This document shows positions 1 through 11,032 of a stretch of DNA of 43,406 nt, piece after piece (positions within the stretch are counted from its first letter, which is position 1; each line of letters opens with the position of its first letter). The notes beneath the pieces were generated by a model, which ran no database searches, was not told where the DNA came from, and saw nothing but the letters and a program-made list of their open reading frames with translations. This DNA is from Saprolegnia diclina VS20 (lineage: Eukaryota): assembly GCF_000281045.1 (NCBI RefSeq), contig NW_008246129.1, forward strand, positions 143,316 through 186,721. The letters are read 5' to 3'. Both the position numbers and the translations under genes were made by a program.

Positions 1-340
1 TTTTTCACTTGGTCCCCATTTTGGCGATATATTATCAATTGGTCCCCAACTTTTTGCCAATATTATCACTTGGTCCCCAAGACATTTGATTGGTCGAAAT
101 AGGCCAAATTACGAAGCTGATTGGACGGAATCATAGTAATTCCTGCAGCCCAGCACGGTTGCCCTTGCACTAAATAGTGTCCAGACACGTTTAGCAGCTC
201 ACACTATTTGATGTAAATATAACAAATAGTGTGCGTGACCGGGTAAGTGGGCCATTTCGAAGGTACCCCACCCCACCAGACCAGGATGGAGACCAAGCGG
301 GTAGTAAACGTGATGCAAGGCAATAAGAGGCGGTGAAGCC
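1..340 (+). repeat. Left terminal inverted repeat, with three ~30-31 bp subterminal tandem units (TCA[C/A]TTGGTCCCCA core)
   Basis: Read directly: tcacttggtcccca, tcaattggtcccca and tcacttggtcccca within 5-80. It also contains two ATTGG (CCAAT) boxes and an 11-bp hairpin at 200-233 (cacactatttg/caaatagtgtg). Confidence 0.95.
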
Positions 341-896
341 AAGTGTGTTGGATACGAGGGAAATGCTAGAGTGAGCATCATGATCGCTAGCTATCCGCGA
401 AGAGCTATCGGGTGGCCATGAGGCACTCTGTACAAATGCACATACTGTGTCGTAGTTGTTCCGTCTATGAGGGACAATAGAACAGTTTATGACCCATCCG
501 TCTACTGGTAAAACAAGAGCGTCCCTGAGATCTCCTATGCGGTAGATCTCTCGGTTATGCTAGCCGCCTGGTTTGTCAAACCCGGGCTATATGACATGTG
601 CGTGATCGTGTTTCGCGTTGTCTTCATCTATAAAGACTTCGTACACATAGAGACTAGCAACTTCCTTCTTCATCATTTGCTCGCCGGGCTGTGGCTGCGC
701 AGGTGACGGCGCGGGGATTCGACTTGCTCTCCTGTAGTGACGCGGGGGCGCTTGTGGCCGCCAGTTAGGTCCATGGTGACAAGCTTCATCTCGCATCTCG
801 CTCAGCGGGGCGCTGTCGCAGCGGTCGTGGAGCGCGACGTCAGCGAACGTGCTCGGGTAGAAGGTGCGGGCTATATGGCTAAGTTTATGAATTAAG

Positions 897-1860
897 TTAG
901 TCCATTATCTCAGCAGGATATTCCAGATGCACTGAGGCATTGAAACCGGGTCCGTCGTGCTTGAACTGCGTCTTCAGGTTAGACAGGAAGTGGATCAGTG
1001 CTCGAGCGGGATGACGTAGCCTCCCACAACAAGCATGGCGACAGCGTTCATTGCCTTGCCACGATCGGCAAAAAGTGCGAGGTCGGCCAAGTTGATGCCA
1101 GAGCGCATGCACAGCCGCAGGAGCCAAAGGTAGTTCTGTTGCGATGTCGCTCAGCGGAAGACGACATTGTGGACCGCCACGTCATCTATGCTGCATGTGG
1201 CTAGCTTTAGTCGTTCAGTTAGTCGAAACAAGATCTTTAGTAGTAGTAACGGACCGACCTTTCGGGGCCGGAAGAATGCAACCACTTTCCGATTTGCAAG
1301 CTTCCTCGCAAGAAGTTCTTCACAGTCTCAGCGGGTACAAGAGCGACGGCGGGGACGATGTTGCGGCCGTTGGCGTCGCGTTGAACAAGGCTGAGGTAGA
1401 CACCAGGGTCCTCGGCCTTCACGACCGTCCCGTCGGTGCCGAGTACAGACGCATAATGGTGGTGCTTGATGGAGGCCCCGAAGTAAAAAAAGCTCGGTCG
1501 GTAGAAGTGCTTGCTATCGTTGAGCCGCACGAATGTCCTGGAGGAGCCACGGCAGGAACGTGTAGCTCGCGTCACTCTATCACAAAGCTTGGATGATACA
1601 TAATCGTGGACTACAAAAGCTACCTGAGCCGTCAGAGACGCAATGACCCCGACCTTGACATGAGCCACGAAGACATCCGGCAACGCCGACCCACCACCGT
1701 CCGACTATCATGTTCCATTAGTGGTTGGAAGGATGGATGCGCATATTTATACCAGGATCGTCGTTGCCAATGCGCGTGCCGAGATCTAGTGTGCACCAGC
1801 TTGTGCACGTTTGCCATGGCCACGGCTTCTCGCACGGAGGCTGTGCTCATCGACATGCAA
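897..1860 (-). pseudogene. Degenerate MULE (Mutator) transposase
   Basis: Fragments LGTDGTVVKAEDPGVYLSLVQRDANGRNIVPAVALVPAETVKNFL (~1450-1315), NYLWLLRLCMRSGINLADLALFADRGKAMNAV (~1140-1040) and IHFLSNLKTQFK (~997-960). They match the MULE consensus DGT...DxNG...A.a.v..Et..nW.wFl...SDR.Kgl..av...CxxH...Nl, but are interrupted by stops and frameshifts. Confidence 0.8.
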
Positions 1861-2091
1861 GTGTAGAGTGCTCAAGATTTACTTCTATACATCGGAAAGA
1901 AGTTGTGTGTGAGGTTTCCGTTTACATAGTGTCCATCGCGTACTCTTCACGACGTAGTGGACTTTCGCTGTCGTCTTTTTGCGCCTTCGAGCCTACGGAA
2001 GTTGTTCGATTGTCACTCTTGATTGTGCCATCGCATCAAGTAGTACCGTGTTTGGCCACCTTGACACTGAACCTCTTCTGGAGTGCGAAGA

Positions 2092-2431
2092 GGCTTCACC
2101 GCCTCTTATTGCCTTGCATCACGTTTACTACCCGCTTGGTCTCCATCCTGGTCTGGTGGGGTGGGGTACCTTCGAAATGGCCCACTTACCCGGTCACGCA
2201 CACTATTTGTTATATTTACATCAAATAGTGTGAGCTGCTAAACGTGTCTGGACACTATTTAGTGCAAGGGCAACCGTGCTGGGCTGCAGGAATTACTATG
2301 ATTCCGTCCAATCAGCTTCGTAATTTGGCCTATTTCGACCAATCAAATGTCTTGGGGACCAAGTGATAATATTGGCAAAAAGTTGGGGACCAATTGATAA
2401 TATATCGCCAAAATGGGGACCAAGTGAAAAA
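2092..2431 (-). repeat. Right terminal inverted repeat
   Basis: Reverse complement of 1-340 with no mismatch found by eye. ORFs 199..381(-) and 1979..2233(+) give the identical peptide ASPPLIALHH...HQIV. Confidence 0.95.
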
Positions 2432-2908
2432 TACTCTGTCGTACAGTGCAGGAGCCTGGTGCTGGATCCCACGTGGCAGCTTCGTGTGCCACCCTTGCGT
2501 GCGTCGTTGAGGTAAAGATGACGCGCGCGTGTGTGCGGACGTGTTTCTCCTTCAAGCGCGACGTGTCTATTCGCCGCGCGTTGCCTTCAAGCTGGTTTCT
2601 TTGCACGTTGGCGGCAAGCATGCGTCAGCACGATCGAACTGAGCGCGATGGGCCAAGAACCGCTTCGTCGCATTGCTCGCTCCCTATAAGAACTAGACTT
2701 CCATCAGTCCAAGCAGCCAACAACATGTTGACGTCATGCGTCGTCTCTCGAGATCACCCATTCTTGGCCGCGCCTTTAGCTCCATGACGTCGAGATACGG
2801 AGACATGGCAATGAAAGTGAATAAATTAATTCGATCGCGCGGCAGTTGCGTGTGATGCACAGCGAGCGCGGTTCATAGTACTATCGACTAATAGCTCGGC
2901 GCGATAAG

Positions 2909-3490
2909 TTAGAGGGAGAAAAATCGTTGGAAGCTCGTCATGTCCCGCGGTAGCTTGTGTCGACAGAGTGGACACTCGTCGTGCGAAGCAAGCCACGGAA
3001 ACAGACACGCGCGGTGAAAGACGTGGTGGCACGGCAGCTGCACGACCTTTGTGTCCCCCCGAAATGCCTCGAGGCACACGGCGCAATCTTTGTTCCAGCA
3101 GCTATCGTGAGCAGAAGCGTAGGGAAGCGTCGGAAGCGCGTCCAGAAACCGCGGGCACGTTGCGCGCTTCTCCAAGTGACTCGGCGGCTCGAGGATAAGG
3201 TCGTTGTGCATCGCCAGGGTCCGCGCCGAGAGCGTCGCATCGGCGCACGACGGACACGACCGCCCGACGTTGGAGCGCGTGTTGATAAGGTACACGGTCT
3301 GGCTGCACTTGCCGCAGACAATGTCGCCGCAGACGCGGCAATGGTGGCGTCGACGCAGGAGCGAGAAGCCTTTGCCGCAGCCTGTGCACTGCGTCCGCGC
3401 TCGGTCGGGCACCCACATAGCCCGGGCGCACGCGCTGCGGATCTGCGTACCCCGCCCGATGAACGACGACGTTGACGATGCAGTCTCCAT
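2909..3490 (-). CDS. FYVE zinc finger + RING-H2 protein (putative PI3P-binding E3 ligase), single exon, 193 aa
   Basis: WVPD..CTGC..FSLLRRRHHCRVCGDIVCGKCS..CPSC (FYVE WxxD, RRHHCR) and CAVC..LPCHHVFHRACLFPWL..CPLCR (RING-H2). ATG at 3490. Confidence 0.92.
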   Translation of the reverse strand: METASSTSSFIGRGTQIRSACARAMWVPDRARTQCTGCGKGFSLLRRRHHCRVCGDIVCGKCSQTVYLINTRSNVGRSCPSCADATLSARTLAMHNDLILEPPSHLEKRATCPRFLDALPTLPYASAHDSCWNKDCAVCLEAFRGDTKVVQLPCHHVFHRACLFPWLASHDECPLCRHKLPRDMTSFQRFFSL

Positions 3491-3566
3491 GCTGAGACGA
3501 CGGTTGATTGCTCTTGGTGTTTTTGAAAAATGACCCGCAAGCACGTATCCGGACAGGACGGGCCAA

Positions 3567-6500
3567 TCAGCGCCGCGGGGCCGGCAAGGGTGCGTGCGCT
3601 TGTGCCACGCTTGGGTCGGAGACGCGCAGCGCGCCTATGGACGGGCGACCTATCTTCTGATTCCGTGCTATTGGCAGTACAGCCGCTGTTAGATCATGCA
3701 GATATGTATGTATTCGTAGCAGCGTACGCGGACGGCCATGGCGCAGGCGGCATGCTTTCTCGGACACCGCCGATGCGGCATTGGCCGCTCGTAGCGCACT
3801 GTCGAGGGTGTGCGCCAGCTGGTTCTCGACGCGTATTTGATGTTGCAGCTTGCGTTGAAGACTCAAGGAATCATCGCGCGGCGCTTTTGCGAGGACCGGC
3901 CCGACGGCTTCGCAAGGTGCGATCCGTGGTGAACCAAAGGAGCCGAGGACCTTGCGTTTCGGGGCCAGGTCGGCCGCCGTGGGCGGTGCGCGCGGACCTC
4001 GAACAGCGGCGCTCTTTGGTGGTGAGGGCGCGCGTGGAAGGGCGCGTTGCAGCAAGAAACGCGGTAAAGCGAGCCGGTTGTTGCGGAGCGTCGTAATTGG
4101 TACGCACTGCAGGAGCGGTAAAGTGCTCGCAGTCACTGGTTTCGGGTGCGAGCTCGTCGCCAGCTGTGTCGCGGTCTACCGACATACGCCATTGCAGTAG
4201 CCATTCGACTTCAACCCACAGAGTAGAAACAAGCAGAGTGACCTCTTCGCGATGCGCGTGCCACTCGAGCTGGGCGCGCCACACCTTGCGCAGTGCACCC
4301 AGGCCGCGTTTGCCCAAGATTCGTTGCAACTACACAAAGCGCTATGTCTCGTCATCGCACGAGGAAGGATACGCGTACCATGAAGGGCGCGCCGGGGTAA
4401 TGCAATACGAGGAGCGACACGTCGCGACTGGATGCCACGAGCTCCAGCGTGTGCCACGAATCGTCTTCACAGAGCGCAACGTTCCCGCGGCTCAACGTGG
4501 CGACGTGTGCGTCCAAGCGCAGCGTAGGCTCCCGCCACCTGCGCGCGTCGTTGAGTTGATTGGTCGCTAGAAAAGCCAAAAAGCATCCTACGACTTTTCG
4601 TGGATGGCTCGGCGCAATGCGAGCTGACGTTGCACGATGCACTCGCCGTCTTGAATCAGAACGAGCGCGTCTGAAGCTTTCGGCAAGGGCAAAATCACTA
4701 CATACAGCATGGCGGTCAACGTCTCCATGCATCTGAGTCTGTGCAATGCAAACACGCAGTCTACCGTCCATGCGGCGACAGGCGCGGGGCGTGAGACCGT
4801 ACCAGAGCGAACACGCGCGATCGCGGTCGAGGGCTCTGAGCGCGTCCGTCTACAAACACGCAACCCACGTCGTTGAAGTTGCCGCGATCGGGTGACGCAT
4901 TACATGCTGAAGAAAGGCCAGGCGGTCTTGCTGCTCCACAACACCCGGCCACGACTGGAGATACTCGACCTTATTGATAGCAACGACACGCGCACCGTGA
5001 GTCGCAATGGCCGAAATTTGCCGGTGGTTCTCAGCGGCCAGCACCTCGTACTCGCCAAAGACGTCGCCGTTGTTGACTGTGCGCACACGAACGTAGCCCG
5101 TGAGCTCGGCAGCATCGGAGGTCGAGGTGAGTGGCGTCGATGTCGATAGATCGATCGTGGTACCAGCTGTCTGCACCAAGTCGACGGACCCTGACACGAG
5201 CACGAAGACGCGCTCTGTAGACGCCCCCTTTGTAAATACTAGACGCACTTCAACACGTCTGTAGACTGCACGCACGAACCGTACCGTAAGCATTGGGCGC
5301 AAATGTCTGAAACAGCGTGCGCTCGCAAATCTGCTCTCGGAGGGCCGTCGCCATTTTGACAAAACAGGGCACGTCCACGACAATGTCAAGCACGAGCTGA
5401 ATGCGCTTCTGGCGCGCAAAGGCAATAACGCTCGGCCACTGCGAGCGCTGCGCCCGCTTCTTGAGTACAAAATGAACTACAAGCTTCCACAGATCCCGCG
5501 CGCGCCTACGTGACGTGACTTGTGCTCCTCAGCCGTCAAGCAGGCCAAGGTACTGGGAGCCCTGGTGGGATGGACGGGGTGCAGGACGGCCAAACGCAAC
5601 TAGATTCTCATATGCATCGCGATGCAAAACAAGCATCGCCGCGGCCGTCGTCGTCACCTGCAGCAGAGTAGGGTTCACACAAGGATATGCGATTGGACGC
5701 ACGATAGTCGATGGGTGGAGAAGGCCTCCATCAAAGAGAGCGCGCTCGCAGATGACGTCGCCCGGACCCAAGGTGGCTTCGCGAACGCCTCGACGGTCGC
5801 CGTTGACAGCCACCGGGACGGGGGATTGCAAAAGCTTTTTTATGCTACGGGTGCTTTTACGGAAGAGGGCACCGATGAATGTCTCTGCGCACCTCGTGGT
5901 CCGCGCCGATGGCTCCTTGGAGAGATGCATGAGTGCCTTCATGGGGTTGTCATCGCGCTCGGTGATGACAAACTTGCGTTTGGACGGTGGTCGCCACGTC
6001 ACCTTGGGGTCCACGGACGTCCGGCGGGTCCTATGCCACCAAGTCGGCTCATCCAACTGGGTGTTATCTAGCGTACCAAATCGCGGGGGCGCGCTGGACA
6101 AAGACATCCAAGCTGCCTGCAAGGACGATATAGAGCGCTACAGAGAGACTTGTGCTGCCATCGACTTTGCCACAATGCTGTACCTTCCTGGCTCTCGCCT
6201 TGCTTGCACACTAGACATGCATTTAGTTGTGCTTGCAAGCACCATGGCGACCCACCGAGCTCGCCCGGCTGATACGTGACAAAGCGCGCGTCCTCGTGCA
6301 CCAAGTTTTGCACCGCGATGGGAAAGGTGTCACGAAGTCCCGTCATGTCGAAAAGCTGGGATGTGAGCTCGTGCGCGCTAGCTCGTCGCGAATGCCTACG
6401 TTGTCGTCACATGGGGTAGTCGCAGAGGAAAATTACCCTTCATCAGTAGTGCTGTCGTTGGACGAATGACGCATGTGCCACCGAGCAATGTCGTCAACGA

Positions 6501-9282
6501 GCTCGACAAGCGCGGGTCGAGTTGGTGGTAGAAGACCCCAGTGCAAGATACCCACCTTGCCTTCCGAAATGGCTACGGCTGACTGCGCTTGGAGCGCGCT
6601 GCCAGACTGCATGGAGCCCACCACGTCACCAATGCAGAGCGTCGTGAGGAGGTCGGTGCTGTTCATGCGCGTCACAGCGTTGGCAGTGCGGTGCGAATCG
6701 AACGTGACACTGCTCGCAGCCTCTGTCCCGAGTCCGCCCTCGTCGTCCAGAATCGCGTCTACGATACACCACGACTGAGTGCTTCTCAACATTTATCGTT
6801 CTGACGCTGGGACGAAGCCGACTGCACAAGAAGCAGCGAACCAGCAAGGACAAGAATAATCGCGTGAGGGCGGAACTCGTGCACGTCCCAGAGCAGCTGG
6901 TTGTGTCGCACCTCGACGATCTCCATGCCCTGCAGCAGACGGAGGCGTACACAGTAAGGCACAGCTCGAAGCGCGTCGTGGTGGCCGAGGTACGTTGCGA
7001 GCTTCTCGAGTGTCAAGCACGTCGGGTCGCGCGGCTTGACGCTGGCATTGTCGAGTACAAGGCGGGGCTGGAACAGCAATACCTCGTCGTCATTGTCGTT
7101 CTCCTGGCGGAGAAGACCGAGAACGTCCGCCGCTGGCAAGTGCAACACCGTGGCCGTTGTGATCCCTGGTCAATTAATCGTTGACTCGAGCGTTCATATA
7201 GAGGACTACCCTTGGCAAGGTTGCGCGAGACGACATACGTCGACTGGCTGTGTGAATTGGTCAGAAGCGGCACGTGGCCGAAGGCAGAGCCGATACCAAG
7301 GCTCGTGAGGAACTGCCCGTGCTTCTCGTTGGAGCTCACAGCGTGCTCTCCACCATGCAGTTCGACTTGCACAGCAACGCTTTGGCGTCGTCGCACTTTG
7401 GTCGAAGTAAGGCGGTGGATGTTGACTGCACCGGTTAGTAGCATATACATGCCATCGCTCCTGGAGGACATTTGTCACGTATCAACTCAAGAACTTCGTA
7501 GCGCACCGGTGGTTTTGCTCGACGAGAACGGTACCGGCGTCGACAACAGTGATCGAGGCGTGCTTGGCAATGAAAGTCAAGTCCACGGAATTGAACTGTC
7601 GCCAAAAGATGCGCGCGTCGCAGCGTAAGAGGGCCGAGACGGTCGTTCGCACGTGGTCTAGACTCTGCTCAGCAATCCCACGAGCAATGTAGAAAAGACA
7701 GAAACGACCTTCGGCGCGGTCCGCGCATGGGGTCGAACACAGTCGTAGAAGCTCGTTGACATCGTTGTGAGGCGCTGCCATCTCTACCAGGGCATCCTCA
7801 CAGAGAACACGGTCGTAGTCGGTTTGCAGTAGCACAATGACTGTCACCTGCCATAAGAATCAGTCTCTATGCTCACAGCGAGGCCACGTACTGGCGACAG
7901 CGTCCGCAAGGTGGCGGCCTGGGTCGAGCCAAACCCTTTCTGCAAGGCCACTTCGCCAAAGCACTCGCCATGCGAGAGCTCGCCGATGACGGGCCCGTAG
8001 AGGGCTTCGTGCTCGGAAGTGGATGATACAACTGGACTAGAACTTGGTACAAGTTTGGAGCCTTCGGTGGTATCATGAACGTGAATCTGCAGCTGGCCGG
8101 CGGCAACAACCACGAGCTTCGCCAACGTGCTCTCTTGATGCAGCACGATTGCGTTGGCAGGGAACGTTTGTACCACCTGTGGTCGCATGCTCCATGAACA
8201 GAAATGTAGGGTTGAATGTACCAGCTTGCAAGCGATCCGCTCGAGTGTCGGCCGCGGAAGACATCGAAAGGTGTGAAAGTGGCTCAGGAATACCGAGAGC
8301 TTGGCGCTGTCCTCGCGCGACCGGCGGTGCTGCTCACACTGAGCGGCGTAGATGTACTCGGCCGCGATTAATGAGCTGCTGCCGTACGTCAAGAGCGTCT
8401 TGTACGCGGTGGCCGAGAGCGTCACAACCTCTACGCATTGTCCAAACACTATTTAGCGATTCGATCCTTGGGGTCAGTAGACGAGCACGAACTTGCGCGC
8501 GACTGCGTGAGGACCGTGGTGGCCCGCAGCACGTTGCCCAGCAGGGCGCCCTAGACACGAAGTGGAAAGGCAGTTGCTGTGTGCACGAGGTTTTCCGTCG
8601 TACCTCCCCAAAAACCTCGCCCACGGAAACCGTTTGAATACAGTCACCCATGTCACTGTCGTCCACTTCGCTGGCGTCGTAAAGGGCGTCGTGCGCTGCT
8701 ACGCTCACAATGGCACTGTTCTTGTAGATGCTAACGACGCCGTCGAGAACGACGTAGAGACTCCCAAAGCCCGTGATGCGGTCGCCTTGGCGATAGACAA
8801 CTTGTCCGTCATGAAGTGTTCGATAGCGCAGCTTTTGGCACACGTCTACTTGATACGATGAGTGAATACACCGGTGCAAACGTAGGAGCAACGTACACAG
8901 CTTGACAATGTACGGGAGGGAAGCAAAGAGGGCGATGCTCTCCACCAGCTCCATCTACGGGTGCTTGAGCACAAGCCACAAAACCAAATTCCGAGCGTAC
9001 CAGCAGCTTCAAGTCGACGTCCGACCGGTATTGCTCTCTACACGGGATAAACCCCATGACCACAGCTCGTGATCCAGAAGCCTACTGCTTCCTAGCGGCC
9101 GCATGAAACTGGCGGGTTTTCGCGGCCGACCATGTGCTGGGCACGAAAGGGACGACTGCCGCAGCGGATCCCGACGGCTTGGCTGACGGGCCGACATCAT
9201 CTCGGCGTCCAAACGTTCGAATGGACCGCAGGAGCGCGCGAATCTTCTTCCAGCGCGCGACGGCGACGGCGCTCGAGGGCAT
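3567..9282 (-). CDS. Large multi-exon protein with ~7 cyclic-nucleotide-binding (cNMP)-like domains
   Basis: Repeated cNMP signatures across ORF fragments: VVYRQGD..LYVVLDGVV..GEVFGE; GECFGEVAL; GMYMLLTGAV..GSAFGHVPL; IGDVVG; GPGDVICERAL; VFVLVSGSV..GDVFGEYE; LVLIQDGEC. Fragments are joined by short GT-AG introns. The 3' end and the one-gene model are inferred. Confidence 0.72.
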
Positions 9283-9393
9283 CGCTCGTTCGGTTTCGCG
9301 TTGGCTTTTCCCGATGTGAAAATCGGCTGACGGTAAAAGCTAGGCCTTTTCGAACCTAACTAGGACCACAGTGTCCTAGTCTTGTGATTCGTG

Positions 9394-9816
9394 ATGCGGT
9401 GGGCTTGCGTCGTCCTGCTGGCGCTCACGCTGGGCAACACCGCCGAGGCGAAAGGCAACCGCTACGCCCGGGTATGCTCACGGGATGCATTGCTGTGCTA
9501 CGACGTAGCGCTCGTGGCGTAGGTGGATCGCAAGTGGAAGATGCAGAAGAAGGCGTGCACCGACGTCGACTGCAGCCACTTGGCGCCGGCCGTCAATATG
9601 AACTGCGTCAACGAGTGCACATCGCCCGACTGCTACGCCTCAGTGTATGCCTCGGAGCCGGTAGTATCTCGTTTGCAATGTACCAAGCTTGATGCATTGA
9701 GGTAGCTGGAGGACGGCGAGGTCGACGACTACCGAGCCCATCGCTTCACGAGCTGCCTCCGCAAGGAATTTTTGAAACGGAAACCGACTGCCCAGTCGAA
9801 TCGCGATGAGCTCTAA
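9394..9816 (+). CDS. Small cysteine-rich signal-peptide protein (DUF4787-like) ending in RDEL
   Basis: MRWACVVLLALTLGNTAEA signal peptide. Introns 9472-9522 and 9661-9705. NCVNECTSPDCYASVYASEP|LEDGEVD..RFTSCLR resembles DUF4787 (recalled). C-terminus NRDEL*. Confidence 0.8.
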
Positions 9817-9850
9817 CGCATTGTACTAACGTTGTCGATGTTATCTACTA

Positions 9851-10847
9851 CTAGGTCTCTTGCCGGACGGGCCAAAGCGGCATGAGGAGGTCCACGCTCT
9901 TCTCAAACGAGATGAACTGGACGGCGTTCACTGGCATCGCACGGACCAAGCACGGGCTAAGGCCTCTAAAGAAGCGGCGGACGCCATCTTCCGCATAGAG
10001 CTTGAGCACGCAGTCGTGGAACCCGCGGTACTTGCGCACACGCGGGTCGAGCGCGTCGGCCTGGATCACCGACTTGATCGTGTCGAGCGGAAAGCTGATG
10101 CACCAGTACATGAGACCTGCGACGGCGCCCGAGTAGCCGTAAACTTCGAGGTCGGTGAGCGGCCGCCGCAGGATCGTTTGGGACTGCAGCACGCCCTTGG
10201 CCTTCTCGTACGTGAAGAAGTACGACGTGTTGCCAATCATCTCGCGATAGCATGTGGGCACAAAGCCACGGTAGAGACCCTACAGAATCTAGTTTAGTTG
10301 AGACGCGAAAGCCGGGGTTTACGTTGCGAAGGCCGTACGAGGCAAAGATCTGGCGGGCTTGCTGCAGCGTCGTCACTTGGCTCGTCGCTTGCGTCTAGCA
10401 TACACAACTTAACATCACGACACGACTCGAATGGCTGCCTACCTGCATGCGGATCATCGTAATCTCAAACGGGGTGTAGAGCATGGCCTCGACGAGACCC
10501 GTGCAAGACGCCGCCGCCGTGAGCACGAGCTTTGGGTGCTTCTCAGGCGACCCATCGCCGGCCGAAGGCGTGTAGAAGATGTACTTGAACTGCGCCATGA
10601 GGCCAAAGAGGAACGAGCACCCAATCGCGGACCGAGCAACCTGCGATGACGCACCGCGGTAGAGTGAGAGGAAGCCCTCCGAGCGCACCGACTGCACAAG
10701 ACACTGCAGTGGCGACGCCGACGCGCCGCCGTGCATCTGCGTCTGGATGCGCGACTTGACCGTGTCGAGCGGGTAGCCGACGATGGCGCCCGTGACGCCG
10801 GCGACGGTCCCGCTGAAGAAGTGCGTGATGACTGTCTCCAGTTGCAT
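9851..10847 (-). CDS. Mitochondrial carrier (SLC25; carnitine/ornithine-carrier-like), multi-exon
   Basis: Three Px[DE]xx[KR] carrier motifs: YPLDTVKSRIQ, TPFEITMIRMQ, FPLDTIKSVIQ. Also EGFLSLYRG and FFRGLSPCLVRAMPVNA. Confidence 0.92.
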
Positions 10848-11032
10848 CTTGAAGCGAGAACCAAGGAGAAGTAAACGTTTTAGTGGTGTGCCAGCTGCTG
10901 CGACATGCGCACGCAAGGCCATTGGTCAAAAAGAGGTGCATTTCAAGCGATATGGCGATCGGATTGGTGGGTAGACTGGAATTTCAGCGTATCCAACGGA
11001 TGGTAGTATTGTCATTCTGCCAGCAAAAAGCG

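Larger units (their letters stand above)
1..2436. mobile_element. Mutator-like (MULE) DNA transposon, non-autonomous/decayed; left end truncated by the window edge
   Basis: 1-340 is the exact reverse complement of 2092-2431. The interior carries MULE DDE transposase fragments on the - strand. The right end continues ...AAAAATACTC (2436), i.e. a 5'-GAGTA terminus typical of Mutator elements (inference; the left 5 bp and target-site duplication lie outside the window). Confidence 0.88.

Noticed and set aside
5..80. Three TTGGTCCCCA repeats as a CRISPR-like array, or as relatives of the tRNA acceptor GGTCCCA
   Set aside because: Eukaryotic context, spacers are short and similar to each other, and the repeats are subterminal to a TIR. 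The match to the tRNA stem is too short to be meaningful.
199..381. Identical peptides from ORFs 199..381(-) and 1979..2233(+), suggesting a duplicated gene
   Set aside because: A by-product of the TIRs; no protein-like features.
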